From the NCBI GenBank assembly GCA_965261225.1, contig OZ253456.1:1813864-1877863 (forward strand): a stretch of DNA of 64,000 bases. Direction: 5' to 3'. The stretch is from Dehalococcoidia bacterium. Its GTDB lineage: Bacteria; Chloroflexota; Dehalococcoidia; Bin125. Position numbers and translations under genes: made by a program. Below are positions 49,539 to 60,390 of the stretch, piece by piece; position 1 is the first letter of the stretch, and each line of letters starts with the position of its first letter. The notes under the pieces are model-generated. The model saw only the letters and a list, made by a program, of their open reading frames with translations, had not been told where the DNA came from and did not search any database.

Positions 49539-49892
49539 TTATCTAGGCTTCAACTGCAGGTGCCGAGCGATAATGTAGTCGTCAACGATGCTCAATACCG
49601 CAGAGCGTTTGGGTGGAACTAGAGATAGCCCTCGATGCTGCGCGAGGAAGTCTCGAAATGGCTTCCAGATGTCTATGAATTCACGCCCCGCGCGCAACGC
49701 TGACATCACCAAAGCGACGAACAAAGTGAGATTACGCGCAGAGAGCCCTAACAGGGTGCTGGTAAACGCCTTGTTTCGCTCGGACGTTGCCTGTGTCGCT
49801 CGATCGGGCGATCAGCTCTTATCTGGTCGAGGGATGATCGAGGGCCGTCGAATCGCAACAATTGCACCGCTGTTGACTTTTTCAGCATCCTG
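49539..49892 (-). pseudogene. Possible C-terminal remnant of the disrupted TPR gene
   Basis: Lower GC; open frame ending FVALVMSAL...IIARHLQLKPR; degraded upstream; abuts the IS end. Confidence 0.3.
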
Positions 49893-51011
49893 CTAGTGTC
49901 CTGAGTCGGGAATACGGTTGAGATATCCGGCGAGGTTGTCGAAGATCTGGTCGACGGTCCTGTGCGAGACGAACGGGCGCGGGTGTTCGTTCCAGTCGGC
50001 AACCTAGCGATCGACGTCGTGGGTCAGGTCGGTCACGCTGCGGTGCGCGCCGCGCCTGAGCCACTTGGTCGTCAGTTCGGTGAACCAGCGTTCGACCTGG
50101 TTCATCCAGGAGCCGTAGGTGGGGGTGAAGTGAAAGCGGAAACAGGGATGACGCTGGAGCCAACGCTGGATCTCGGCGGTGCGCTGGGTGTTGACGTTGT
50201 CCAATATGACATGCACGGCGAGTTCGTCGGGTACCTGCTCGTTGACCAGGTCGAGGAAGCGCCGGAACTCGCAGGCCCTCTGTCACGGGGTCAGGTCGGC
50301 GATCACGTAGCCGGAGGCAACCCCGCATCAAGTACGGGGCAGGTTATCGAGCACCGCGTAGAGATTGGTGGCGCCGTGACGCAGGTAACCGTGGATCTAG
50401 CGGGGAGGCACACCAGACAGCATCGGCCGGGTCGACGCCGTGTGGTCGAGCGCCGGGATCTGGGTCTGCTCGTCCACGCACAGGACGACGGCTGCGTCGG
50501 GCGGATTCAGATAGAGACCGGCCACGTCCCGCACTTTGTCGATTAACTGCGGGTCGGGCGACAGCTTGAACTGCTCAACGAGGTGCGGGTTGAAGCCCAA
50601 AGCGCGCCGGATCCTGGAGATCGCCGTCTGCGACATGCCCATCTCGGCGGCCTTTGAGCGAGTCGACCAGTGAGTCGCGTGACGCGGCTGCCGTTCCAGC
50701 GTCTTGACGATCACCGTTTCCACCTGCTCGTCGCTGATCTTGCGGGGCGCGACGGGATGCAGCTCATCGCTCAGTCCATCCAGCCGACGCTGGGCGAAGC
50801 GTCGCCGCCACTTGCCGACCGTGACCGGATGGCAACCGAGCGCCGCGCCGATCTCCGTGTTCGCCTGTCCGGTCGCCGCCGCGAGCACGATCCGGCTGCG
50901 TAGCGCCAAGGCCTGCGCCGTGCTCGGTCGGCGCGCCCAGCGCTCCAGCGTCTCTCGCTCCTCCGCACTCAGCACGATCGTCACCGTCGGGCGGCCCAGT
51001 TGGGTACGCAT
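49893..51011 (-). pseudogene. IS630 transposase pseudogene
   Basis: One frame with stops at 50397, within a 24-bp insertion near 50328, at 50283 and at 50004. Confidence 0.88.
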
Positions 51012-51099
51012 GACACTCCACTGAAAGCCCCGGACGGCCAAACCGGCTCCATCAACACCATACGACGTTGTACATCGCATTAGCGACTCAGGACACTAG
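49893..51099 (-). mobile_element. IS630-family insertion sequence, inactive
   Basis: Perfect 16-bp IR CTAGTGTCCTGAGTCG at 49893-49908 and 51084-51099 (CTAG at both ends); transposase LCVDE, ILDN, WMNQVERWF, ending DSGH*. Confidence 0.93.
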
Positions 51100-53256
51100 G
51101 GCGCCTTGATCGATCCGCCGCACCGTCAGTCGCGCAGCATCTTGATCTCCGCTCCGAAATTGAACAAGCGCCAGCCTGAAGAAATCTCGGGCTGTCGCAT
51201 CTGAACGCTGACAAAGTTGCTCGCGCAACGTTCGAGTTGTAGCGAGATCGCCGGCACGCTCAAGGAGCTGCGCCTCCGCGTCGATCACTGCCTTCGGGCA
51301 ATCCGACAATGCACCGCGCATCTGCTGGCACCAATCAAGCGCTTCGCGATACCGCCCGCCATTGACCAGACATACCAGCAATCGCTCGGCCAAGGGATGC
51401 CGGGCGACCTCGCCGACCACTTCCGCGAGCGCGTCCGCCGCCTCGGAGTACCGCTCGGCCGACATGTGCACTTCGGCCAATCTCAATTGGATCGTCCATC
51501 GGTCCGTATCCGCCACGCTGTCCAACGCGCGCTCAAGCAACTGCGCCGCGTGCTCATCATCGCCACGAACTCGGCTGCGAATCGCGGATGCGGTCAGCAG
51601 GTACGAATCCTCGGGATGTTGCGCCGTCGCGGCCTCTAAGTCTCGCCAGATGTCGCTCGTCAAGCCGTCGAGCGAATCTGCGCGTGCCAGAAGCTCCACG
51701 TGCTCCAAGAGATGCAATCCCGGATGTTCAAAGTCAAGTTTGGCGCGCAGGATATCGCGCGCCTCGGTCGACTCGCCTGCCTCCAAGTGGGCGTCGGCGA
51801 GGAAAATTTCGAAGCCGTCTGGAAGCTCATCTGCTCCCAGATCTTTCCAGGCTTCGATAGCCTCGCGTGGCTTTCGCGCTTGCAGCAGAGTCAATCCACG
51901 GCAGAGCATCGCGGCATGATGGTGTGGAGCGTCCTCCAGTGCCCTTTCAGCTTCGCAAGCCGCATCCTCAGTCCGCCCGAGTGCACCCAGAACGAGTGCT
52001 CTGAGCGCATGTGCATCGGCCCGCAGGGAGTCTCTCTGGGTGTTCTTGAGCAGGCGGATTGCACGGCGCGCCTCCGCTTCGGCGCGGACCAGCATTGGGT
52101 ACGATTCAACGTCAGACCCGCCGGACCGAGAGAATTTCGCCTGCGCTTCATTCAACAGCGTCTGGCCCAACAGCAAGGCGGCAGTGAAGTTCTCAGCGTC
52201 GTTATCTGTCAGGTGCTGACAGATCGAGATTGCTTCGATGCCTCTCGACTCGGATACTCGTACTTGCGCCAACGCCAATCCAGCTTGATCATCCTCGATT
52301 ATCCAACTCTTAGCCAGCATGAGTTGATCGAGTTGTTCGCTCTTCTCAAGCTTCCATAGCGCGTGTATTAGCGCCGCTGCTGCCTTGCCATTGTTCGGGT
52401 CCATTTCGAGCGCCTTGCGTGCGAACTTCTCCGCTCTTCTGAAGTCCTCTTGCAGGCTGGCGCCAACTGCTTGATTGGCGATTCCTTGTGGCTCGTCCGG
52501 CTGAATCAGGTGAGCATCGTCGAATAGCTCGCAAGCCCGCTCGTAATCGCTTTCCACAAGCGCGCAGAGCCCTAGCTACGTAGTGACGCGAAAAGCGAGA
52601 CCGTCTGGCATCTCGGAACTGTCGAGCAGCTCATCGAGTTGGCGGCGCGCCGTCCGAACGAGACCGGTGTTGATGAGTTCTCTCACTCCATCAAGCTGTG
52701 TTGTCAGCTTGAGGTGTTCTGGATCCATCGCCGGCTCCGAACCCCAAGGAGTTTCCGGTATGGATGCTTGGGCTGCCAATCGAAACACGTCGGTCCTGAT
52801 GGCCTCGACCTCTGCGGTTACATGCCTCTTGATGTCGCTTAGCGTCCCAAGGTGCAATTCTTCCTGACGATTGGCGAGTGCCGAGATGCTTTGATCGCTC
52901 GAATAAATTTCAGATACCAAGACGCCAAGAAATTCTTCGAGGATCGCCCTCGCCAAGCGCAGAGTCTCCCCGTCGTCGGGCATGTAGAATCCTCCGTCCG
53001 CGATGTATGCCTCGACCAGATCATGCAAGCCGAACTCCCGCTCACCGGATATCACTCTCCCTGGCAGCTCTGCGAACCCAGCACTCGCGATCCACTCCTC
53101 CAGAGTGGGCTCTACACCTGGAACGTCTTCAAATCGTTCGCTCGTCCTCTTGACGACGCGGTCAAGGTCAACAGGCCTACCGGTACCGCCGCTTGCCGCA
53201 ATCCCTCGGGCAATCACCGCGTAGAGGACTTTGATCGCGACTGCCTCGAGAACCAT
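51088..53256 (-). pseudogene. Large TPR-repeat protein pseudogene (in-frame TAG, IS-truncated)
   Basis: ORFs 52576-53256 and 51088-52557 share a frame: VTT*LGLCALVESDYERA; many TPR-like helical repeats; 3' end runs into the IS IR. Confidence 0.8.
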
Positions 53257-53352
53257 GATCTCTCATTCCAGAGTCATACCTGCATATCTGCCTATTCACC
53301 ATATCCAATTCCGGTGGCTATTGCGCACAGCTGGTCAGGTTTTCCACCGACC

Positions 53353-54294
53353 TTAGACCGCCTCGCCGAGCAGATAGCGCCCCATCGCTTCCTCCAGCGC
53401 CGATACTTCACGCGGATCCAGGTCGCGATAGGGCGGCCTGGTGTGCGTGAGCGGCAGTCCGCTCGTGATCGAGATCAGTTGCTTCAGCGCCCCCACTCGG
53501 GGGAACAGGTTGAGAATCGCATGCAATTCGTTGAGCTGATCCTGCGGTCGATGCGGCTCGCGGCCCTCGCGATGGGCGAACTGAATCGTCTTGACGAGCG
53601 CCGGCACCGCGTTGGCCATGCCTGAGACGCCACCGACGCATCCGACGCCGTACAGCGCCGCGTGTGCTGCGTCGGAACCGGCCATGACTCGAAATTCGGA
53701 ACCGGGACCCTCTGAAGGAACCTGCGCCATGTAGCGCTCGGTCCGCTCGGCGTCGCCACCTGAGTCCTTGATCCCCATCAGCTGGTCGGGATGCCGCCGC
53801 AGCACCCCGGCGAGGACCTCGTCGGGAATGTCGATCCCAGCTTGCGCGGGCATGTTGTAGAGCAACGCCCGTCCTTCCGGGGGCAGCGATTCGATCACCG
53901 CCGAGAACCAGTCGATCATTCCGCGTGAATCGACGTTCTTGAAGAAGAACGGCGGCAACAACGCCACGGCGTCGGCGCCGGCGTCAAGGGCATCATTGGC
54001 TGCCCGGATGGTGTCGGGCAGCGATGGCGAAGTAGCGCCCGCAACCACGACCAACCCGCCACCGATACCCCGAGAAGCCTGTTTCACCGCTACGACGACG
54101 CGCTTGCGCTCTTCCAGTCCGACCGATGGACCCTCGCCGTTCGTGCCGAGCGTGAGAATCCCGGTGATGCCCATCGTCCGCATCCAGTCGATGTGTGGAC
54201 CAATCCAGTCCACGTCGACATCACGCCCGCCTTCGGTGAACGGCGTCACCTGGGCTGCCATCAAGCCGTCCAGGCGTTCGTACTTCAGCACCAT
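53353..54294 (-). CDS. Dihydrodipicolinate synthase family aldolase
   Basis: VTPF, GTNGE, LLYNMP, GIKDSG (Schiff-base Lys). Confidence 0.9.
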   Translation of the reverse strand: MVLKYERLDGLMAAQVTPFTEGGRDVDVDWIGPHIDWMRTMGITGILTLGTNGEGPSVGLEERKRVVVAVKQASRGIGGGLVVVAGATSPSLPDTIRAANDALDAGADAVALLPPFFFKNVDSRGMIDWFSAVIESLPPEGRALLYNMPAQAGIDIPDEVLAGVLRRHPDQLMGIKDSGGDAERTERYMAQVPSEGPGSEFRVMAGSDAAHAALYGVGCVGGVSGMANAVPALVKTIQFAHREGREPHRPQDQLNELHAILNLFPRVGALKQLISITSGLPLTHTRPPYRDLDPREVSALEEAMGRYLLGEAV

Positions 54295-54371
54295 GGTCCT
54301 GCCTCCACTCGTCTCAGTGCTCGCAGCGTAGCTCTGAGCCGCATCCCCAAAGAACGAATAGTCTCAACCCC

Positions 54372-55703
54372 ATGCCGCGCATCTTCCTTTGCAGCGCGAC
54401 CGGCGCTCTCACGACCGAGGCCGCTCCCGTCGGCGGAGGCGTCGCCGTGCTTGAAGCGCTGATCCCGCACCTGATCGAATCCGGTTTCGACGTCACCCTG
54501 CTCACACCGGGCCGCGAAGAGTCGTTCGATGGTCTGCGTCAATCGCTACCAGTCGCGACCCTTGCTCGCGCCAAACCAGATCGCATCCTCAACCTCAACG
54601 CCCGGCGCTACGCCCGGTTCGCCTTGGAGTGGGAGTCGGCGCTGCGCCGATACTTCTCAGATATCGAACCGGCAGACGCCGTTGTGCTGGCCAACGACAC
54701 GTCGGAAGGACCACCGTTCGCCCAACTCCACGCCAACGGGTTCCGACAGATGGCGCTATTGCACGTGATCGTCAGTGAGTTCTTCAGTCGGCGCTACCTC
54801 TCACAGCCGACAGGCATTCCGATTCGCGGACATCACCTCTCCGCTCTCTGGCGATTCGCGCAGGATCGTGGGTTGACCAACCACGCACCCGAGATCGCCC
54901 GTCTTGTCTGGCCGAAGGAGGGCGATCTCGCGAGGTACGTTGACGTACCGATTGCGCCATCGGCGCCGGTTGCTCGCTCACTTGCCGATTGTTACCCCGG
55001 CACCGGGGTCGCCCGGCGCACCCAAATCGTTCCCTGGGGTGTGATCGGCGACGCCAATCCCGAACTACGGGAGCATCGACGGGAAACACTTCGAGACCTT
55101 GGAGCGGACCCGAACCGGTTCACGCTGCTGACACTGAGCCGCATCTCGCCGGAGAAACGCATTGAACTGGTCATCGACGCACTGAAGTTGATCGAACGAC
55201 AGTCGCCGTCAACCGCCGAGAGAATTCAGCTCGTGGTCGCCGGAGCGCCGGCATACATGGGCGGCGAGTCGTATGCCCGAAAACTGCAGCGTGCTGCCTT
55301 GACGTTGGAGCATGCAGAGGTCCATTTCGCGGGATACGTCAGCGGTCAGCAGAAGTGGAACCTCTTGGCCGCAGCGGATACGTTCTGCTCTCCCAGCTTC
55401 TATGAGGCGTACGGCCTGACCATCGCGCAGGCGCTCGCCAGCGGCGTTCCAGTGATTGCGGCGCCACATGCCGGAGCGCGAGCCACGGTCGACGAACGGC
55501 ACGGCTGGATCGCCGATCCAACGCCAAAAGCCTTCGCCGCCGCCATCAGGCGCGCCCTGCACGCCGACGAAACCCGCGAGATCGCCCGACACCGCGAATC
55601 GGCGGCGCGCTGGGGTCGCGAACGGCCGTTTGCCGTCGCTGCTAACCGGATCGTCGGGATCGCACGTAGACTCGCTGTTGGCGCACCATTTGTGGGAAAT
55701 TAG
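54372..55703 (+). CDS. Glycosyltransferase family 4
   Basis: LSRISPEKR, SPSFYEAYGLTIAQALASGVPVI. Confidence 0.9.
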   Translation: MPRIFLCSATGALTTEAAPVGGGVAVLEALIPHLIESGFDVTLLTPGREESFDGLRQSLPVATLARAKPDRILNLNARRYARFALEWESALRRYFSDIEPADAVVLANDTSEGPPFAQLHANGFRQMALLHVIVSEFFSRRYLSQPTGIPIRGHHLSALWRFAQDRGLTNHAPEIARLVWPKEGDLARYVDVPIAPSAPVARSLADCYPGTGVARRTQIVPWGVIGDANPELREHRRETLRDLGADPNRFTLLTLSRISPEKRIELVIDALKLIERQSPSTAERIQLVVAGAPAYMGGESYARKLQRAALTLEHAEVHFAGYVSGQQKWNLLAAADTFCSPSFYEAYGLTIAQALASGVPVIAAPHAGARATVDERHGWIADPTPKAFAAAIRRALHADETREIARHRESAARWGRERPFAVAANRIVGIARRLAVGAPFVGN

Positions 55704-55714
55704 GAGGCTGAGCG

Positions 55715-56350
55715 ATGACCCAGCGAGCCGTATTGTTCGACTTCGGCGGTGTCCTGATCCGGATGGATTGGGACGGCTACGACGAGTTCGGCAAACGCTG
55801 GAATCTGCCAGCAGGCACATTGGTCGACGCGTTCTATCGAACCCCTGAGTGGCACGCGATCGAGACCGGCCGCGGCAGCTGGGACATCTGGCAGCGCGGC
55901 GTCGAACAAAGTCTCGCGCCGTACCTCCATGGTGACGTCGTGGAAGAAGTTCAGAGCCTGCTCGACGCCTGGTACGCACAGCCCTGGCAATACCACCATC
56001 CCAACTTCGAGCTCGCCCACGATCTGCAGGCCGCCGGTCACAAGATCGGTGTGCTCTCCAACGCACCCGACGATCTACGAGACCGCTTCCTCAGCAACTT
56101 GCCGGTCGAGGTGAGCTGGGACGCGATCATCGTTTCAGGAGAGATCGGCATGCGAAAACCCGACCCGCGCATCTTCGAACACGCCGCCGAGGAAATCGGC
56201 GTCCCCGCCAGGCACTGCTTCTTCATCGACGACCTGGAAGAGAACGTGCTGGCGGCACAGGCCATCGGTATGAAGGCCTTTCACTTCACCAGAAACAATT
56301 ACAAGGCGCTCAGGATCGCACTGAAAGCGCACGGGATAGGCGCGGACTAG
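55715..56350 (+). CDS. HAD-family phosphatase
   Basis: LFDFGGV, LSN, KPDPRIF, FIDD..ENV. Confidence 0.92.
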   Translation: MTQRAVLFDFGGVLIRMDWDGYDEFGKRWNLPAGTLVDAFYRTPEWHAIETGRGSWDIWQRGVEQSLAPYLHGDVVEEVQSLLDAWYAQPWQYHHPNFELAHDLQAAGHKIGVLSNAPDDLRDRFLSNLPVEVSWDAIIVSGEIGMRKPDPRIFEHAAEEIGVPARHCFFIDDLEENVLAAQAIGMKAFHFTRNNYKALRIALKAHGIGAD

Positions 56351-56513
56351 GGCATGTTCACATTGACGCGGCGATCCCATTCAAAGGGCCTATCAACTCT
56401 CCCGCTCCCCCTTGCAGGGGGAGCTGCCGAAGGCTGAGGGGGTCCCGCCTCCCATCGCCCAGGCGGAATGGGGCACTTCTTGCTCTTCACCACCCTTTGT
56501 GAACAGACCCTAG
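56347..56513. mobile_element. MITE-like shell with CTAG-ended TIRs enclosing a REP, spanning two convergent stop codons
   Basis: CTAGGGCATGTTCACA (56347-56362) vs TGTGAACAGACCCTAG (56498-56513), 14/16; REP 56404-56445. Confidence 0.75.
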
Positions 56514-56809
56514 CGAGTCCGTCGGCGCTCATATCCGATGTAGGCAGTTCTGCGCGGGCGGATTCGAAACACGCGAAGCCGGCGCGCCTCCGCTTCGACG
56601 GTAAACAACACCCGCCACCGACCCGGGACATGAGCGCGGTAGACGCCGGGATGATCCTGTAGCTCTTTGCTTTCCCTCCCACTCGGCCCGTCGGACAGTG
56701 ACTTGAGCACCGTCTTCACGTCGCTTTTGCGCTTATGTGTGAGCGCCCGGTACTCCTCCTCGGCTTCTTGAGTTCTGTAGACGATCCAACGCGGACCGCT
56801 CTGAGTCAC
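56510..56809 (-). CDS. RelE/ParE-superfamily toxin
   Basis: 99 aa from GTG 56809 (GTGA overlap); basic; KELQ..PGVYRAHV.GRWRVLF...RIRPRRTAY. Confidence 0.82.
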   Translation of the reverse strand: MTQSGPRWIVYRTQEAEEEYRALTHKRKSDVKTVLKSLSDGPSGRESKELQDHPGVYRAHVPGRWRVLFTVEAEARRLRVFRIRPRRTAYIGYERRRTR

Positions 56810-57291
56810 CGACTGTCGTCTTCCTCGTAGCAGAAATGCTCGGCCGCCTCTGGACGTTCGGTTCTCAGCTTGGCAATGAAACGTATGCCCTCGGTCGATG
56901 TCCGATCCAACCAGTACACCCAGTTCCAACCCATCGGAAATCGCGCGTCCAACCACTTCATGAATTCGACATCTTCCGGATAGTCATCGTCGTCAAACAT
57001 CGACCAGTCGCCGTCGGGAATAGGCAGCGGCTCCACCGGTCCTGCGGCAGCTGTTCGCATCGCCTCCACTTCCTCCCAGGTCGGATCCGGGTCGACAATA
57101 TCGACGTCAAATTCGTACTCCGGAGGAACCAGATACTCCGCGAGCTGACCATAGCCGCCAGCCTCGGCTTGCGCGACCATCTGCTTTCTCTTGAGCTCGA
57201 CAAGAGCCGCCTGCCACTGCACCTGCGACTCGCTCGGCTTCCACCAATCCACCCAATCTGCCGTGATTAGCTCCCGCTTGTTATCAACCAT
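56806..57291 (-). CDS. Acidic Trp-rich hypothetical protein, putative antitoxin
   Basis: GGAGG RBS before ATG 57291; coupled to the toxin gene; D/E-rich. Confidence 0.6.
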   Translation of the reverse strand: MVDNKRELITADWVDWWKPSESQVQWQAALVELKRKQMVAQAEAGGYGQLAEYLVPPEYEFDVDIVDPDPTWEEVEAMRTAAAGPVEPLPIPDGDWSMFDDDDYPEDVEFMKWLDARFPMGWNWVYWLDRTSTEGIRFIAKLRTERPEAAEHFCYEEDDSR

Positions 57292-57312
57292 CGTCAACCC
57301 TCCAACCCGATC

Positions 57313-58080
57313 CTACCCAGTTTCTGACGCATTCCGATCCCGCAACACCGCAAAGAACACCGACGCGAACAGCGCGCCCAAACCGGGCGCGACCCAGTAG
57401 ATCCAGTGATCTGTCCAGAACCAGGCGATGGCCGCCGGACCGAACGCTCGGGCTGGATTCATCGATGCACCCGAGACGCTGCCGGTCATTGTGACCGCCG
57501 CCGCTACGTAGAGACCCACTGCGAGGGCAAAGACCGTAGCATTGCGTCCTCGTTCCGCCATCATCAGGATCGCGTAGACGAGGAAGAATGTGATCACAAT
57601 CTCGGTACCGAATGCCTGGATCAGCGGACCGTTACTGAAGTTGGCCCCCAGCCAGGATTCGCCCTCGCCGGTGTGATTGCGAAACAGTCCGTGCATCACC
57701 GAGGAGGCGATCAGCGCGCCGGCAATCTGCGCCGCGATGTAGGGAAACAACTTTCGTCCAGGCAACTTCCCACTGAGCCACAGTCCAAACGAGACCGCAG
57801 GATTGAGGTGGGCGCCTGAGATTGCCCAAAACGCGAAGATCATCACCGCCACGCCGAATCCATTGACCAAACCAACGCCCAATGCGCCCAGCTGTCCACC
57901 CGACCACCAGTTAACGTGGGCCGACCCTGCGCAGAAGAAGACGAGCCCAAACGTTCCCAGAACCTCCGCCATCAACTGGCGGGCGTTTCCGTTCACACTG
58001 GCCTGGTCGAGCCTGAGCGCCGCGACCAATGGATTCAGCAGCCGCAGCCCCGGCGCCAGTACCTGCTCGATAGGACTCAT
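57313..58080 (-). CDS. Aquaporin (MIP family)
   Basis: SGAHLNPAVS and SMNPARAFGP; six TMs; RBS supports ATG 58080. Confidence 0.94.
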   Translation of the reverse strand: MSPIEQVLAPGLRLLNPLVAALRLDQASVNGNARQLMAEVLGTFGLVFFCAGSAHVNWWSGGQLGALGVGLVNGFGVAVMIFAFWAISGAHLNPAVSFGLWLSGKLPGRKLFPYIAAQIAGALIASSVMHGLFRNHTGEGESWLGANFSNGPLIQAFGTEIVITFFLVYAILMMAERGRNATVFALAVGLYVAAAVTMTGSVSGASMNPARAFGPAAIAWFWTDHWIYWVAPGLGALFASVFFAVLRDRNASETG

Positions 58081-58172
58081 CTCTGCCACCTCCCAGCTCG
58101 ACACCGACATTCCGCACGAAACGCTAACAGCGACGACAAAGGTCGGAGTGTGCGCGCTGTTAAGGTTGGGCT

Positions 58173-60242
58173 ATGCCAAATCGACTTGCCCGGGAAACAT
58201 CTCCCTACCTGCTGCAACACGCAAACAACCCCGTGGATTGGTATCCATGGGGAGAAGAAGCCTGGGCCCGAGCGCGGGCCGAGGACAAGCCCGTCCTGGT
58301 CAGCGTCGGCTATGCCGCCTGTCACTGGTGTCACGTGATGGAGCGTGAATCGTTCGAGGACGATCAGATCGCCGCGCTACAGAATGACCTGGTCGTCAGC
58401 ATCAAGGTTGACCGCGAGGAACGACCCGATGTCGACGAGATTTACATGGACGCCCAGCAGATGATCCACGGTCACGGCGGCTGGCCGCTCAACGTCTTCT
58501 GCACGCCCGACGGTCGCCCCTTCTTCGGCGGCACCTACTTCCCGCCTCAGCGACGCACAGGCATGCCGGGCTGGACTGACGTGCTGCAAGGCGTCACCCG
58601 CGCCTTCCGCGAGCAGCGCGATCAGGTCGAGCAGCAGGCGACGCAGCTCACTCAACATCTCAATCTTCGCGTCGAGCTCACCGGCGAGGAACTCACCGAA
58701 TCTGCCGCGCAGGTCCGTTCCCGCGCGGCGACCGCCATGCTCCAGGCGGCCGACCGCACGCACGGCGGATTTGGCGCGGCGCCGAAGTTTCCCCAGCCCT
58801 TCTATCTGCAGCTCCTTGTCCAACAGGCGCTCGACGAAACAGCCAGCAACCGCAACGACGCCCGCCGGCATCTCGCTCATTCACTTCGCAAGATGGCCGA
58901 AGGCGGCATCTATGACCAGCTCGCCGGCGGTTTCCACCGCTACGCAGTCGACCAGATCTGGTTGGTCCCGCACTTCGAAAAGATGCTCTATGACAATGCG
59001 CTGCTGATTCCGTTGTATCTGGACGCACATCGGTTACAGGATGCGTCGGAAGCCGATCCGCTCTTCGCCCACATCGCCCGAGAGACCGCAGATTATCTGC
59101 TCAACGACCTGCAGACCCCCGACGGCGCATTCTTCGCCTCAACTGACGCCGACTCCGAGGGGGTCGAGGGCAAATACTTCGTCTGGACGCGCGATGAGCT
59201 GCACGAACTGCTCGACGAACGCGATGCCGAGATCGCCTGCCGTCGGTGGGGCGTCGACATCGGCGGCAACTGGGAGGGCAACTCGATTCTGCTCGCGGCG
59301 CAGTCACCCGAGGATGTCGCTCGCTGGCTCGACTTGCCACTGACCGTGGTGCAAGCGTCGCTTGAACGCAGCCGCCACACACTGCTGGAGCATCGCGCGA
59401 CACGCATCCCTCCGGCCACAGACACCAAAATCATCGCTGCCTGGAACGGCATGGCGATCGACGCGCTGGCTAAGGCCGGAGCCATACTGGAAGAACCCCG
59501 ATTCATCGATGCGGCGGAGCGAGCCGCGCGGTTCACCCTCAGCAACATGCGATCGGATGACGGCGGTCTGCTGCGCATCCACTCCGCAGGGCGCGCCTCG
59601 GTTGTGGCGTTCGTCGAGGACTACGCCGCACTCGCCGACGGCATGATCTCGCTCTACGAGGCGACCGGCGACGAGTCCTGGTACTCCGAGGCGCGGGCCA
59701 TGATTGATGCGATGATCGACCGCTTCTGGGATCACGAGGGCGGCGGCTTCTTCACTGTCGGGCGAGGTGGCGAACAGCTCATCGCGCAGCGAAAACCGAC
59801 CCAGGACGGCGCGACGCCGAGCGGCAATTCGCTAGCGGCTCGTGCGCTGGCGCGCATGTATGCGCTCACATCCGACGGTCGCTACGCCGACCTGATCGAA
59901 GCGATGCGCGTCGCGTTCTCCGCCTACCTGAGCAAAGCGCCGACGATGCTGGGATTGTTCGTCTCGGTCGAGGACTGGTTGACCGAACATCGTTCGGTCG
60001 CACTCGTTGGCCCCGCCGACGATGCGGAGCTGATGCAGATGCGACGCGACCTGTGGTCGGGGCCGCCTCGTCCGATGGTCGTGATGCGACGCTCGGACGG
60101 CGACACCGCCGTCCCCCAACTGGCCGACAAGCCACAACAGGACGGCAAGCCGACTGCGTATGTCTGCCAGTCCTTTGCCTGCTCCGCGCCGGTTCACACC
60201 GCCGCCGACCTCAACACCGCCCTCACCCAACCACTCACTTGA
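58173..60242 (+). CDS. Thioredoxin-domain YyaL/SPATA20-like protein
   Basis: [48 protein letters not shown]. Confidence 0.95.
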   Translation: MPNRLARETSPYLLQHANNPVDWYPWGEEAWARARAEDKPVLVSVGYAACHWCHVMERESFEDDQIAALQNDLVVSIKVDREERPDVDEIYMDAQQMIHGHGGWPLNVFCTPDGRPFFGGTYFPPQRRTGMPGWTDVLQGVTRAFREQRDQVEQQATQLTQHLNLRVELTGEELTESAAQVRSRAATAMLQAADRTHGGFGAAPKFPQPFYLQLLVQQALDETASNRNDARRHLAHSLRKMAEGGIYDQLAGGFHRYAVDQIWLVPHFEKMLYDNALLIPLYLDAHRLQDASEADPLFAHIARETADYLLNDLQTPDGAFFASTDADSEGVEGKYFVWTRDELHELLDERDAEIACRRWGVDIGGNWEGNSILLAAQSPEDVARWLDLPLTVVQASLERSRHTLLEHRATRIPPATDTKIIAAWNGMAIDALAKAGAILEEPRFIDAAERAARFTLSNMRSDDGGLLRIHSAGRASVVAFVEDYAALADGMISLYEATGDESWYSEARAMIDAMIDRFWDHEGGGFFTVGRGGEQLIAQRKPTQDGATPSGNSLAARALARMYALTSDGRYADLIEAMRVAFSAYLSKAPTMLGLFVSVEDWLTEHRSVALVGPADDAELMQMRRDLWSGPPRPMVVMRRSDGDTAVPQLADKPQQDGKPTAYVCQSFACSAPVHTAADLNTALTQPLT

Positions 60243-60255
60243 CCCTCTCCCCTCT

Positions 60256-60293
60256 CTCCTCGATCTGCGGGGCAGATGCCGCAGGTCGAGGAG
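60256..60293. terminator. Stem-loop downstream of yyaL-like gene (REP-related)
   Basis: CTCCTCGATCTGCGG / CCGCAGGTCGAGGAG, 14/15. Confidence 0.5.
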
Positions 60294-60390
60294 GCCGCCG
60301 CCTCTGCCAACCACAACTCATATCAAAGAACGTATATTCGTTAACGTCATCCCATGACCGCCTCAGCCGTATCGACAACCGCAGTGACAG

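Noticed and set aside
52576-52578. Programmed amber read-through (pyrrolysine)
   Set aside because: No pyl genes are visible and the gene is also IS-truncated; nonsense decay is simpler
55400-55435. GT4 EX7E motif ending in Gln as a sign of inactivation
   Set aside because: Variation at this position is tolerated and the rest of the gene is intact
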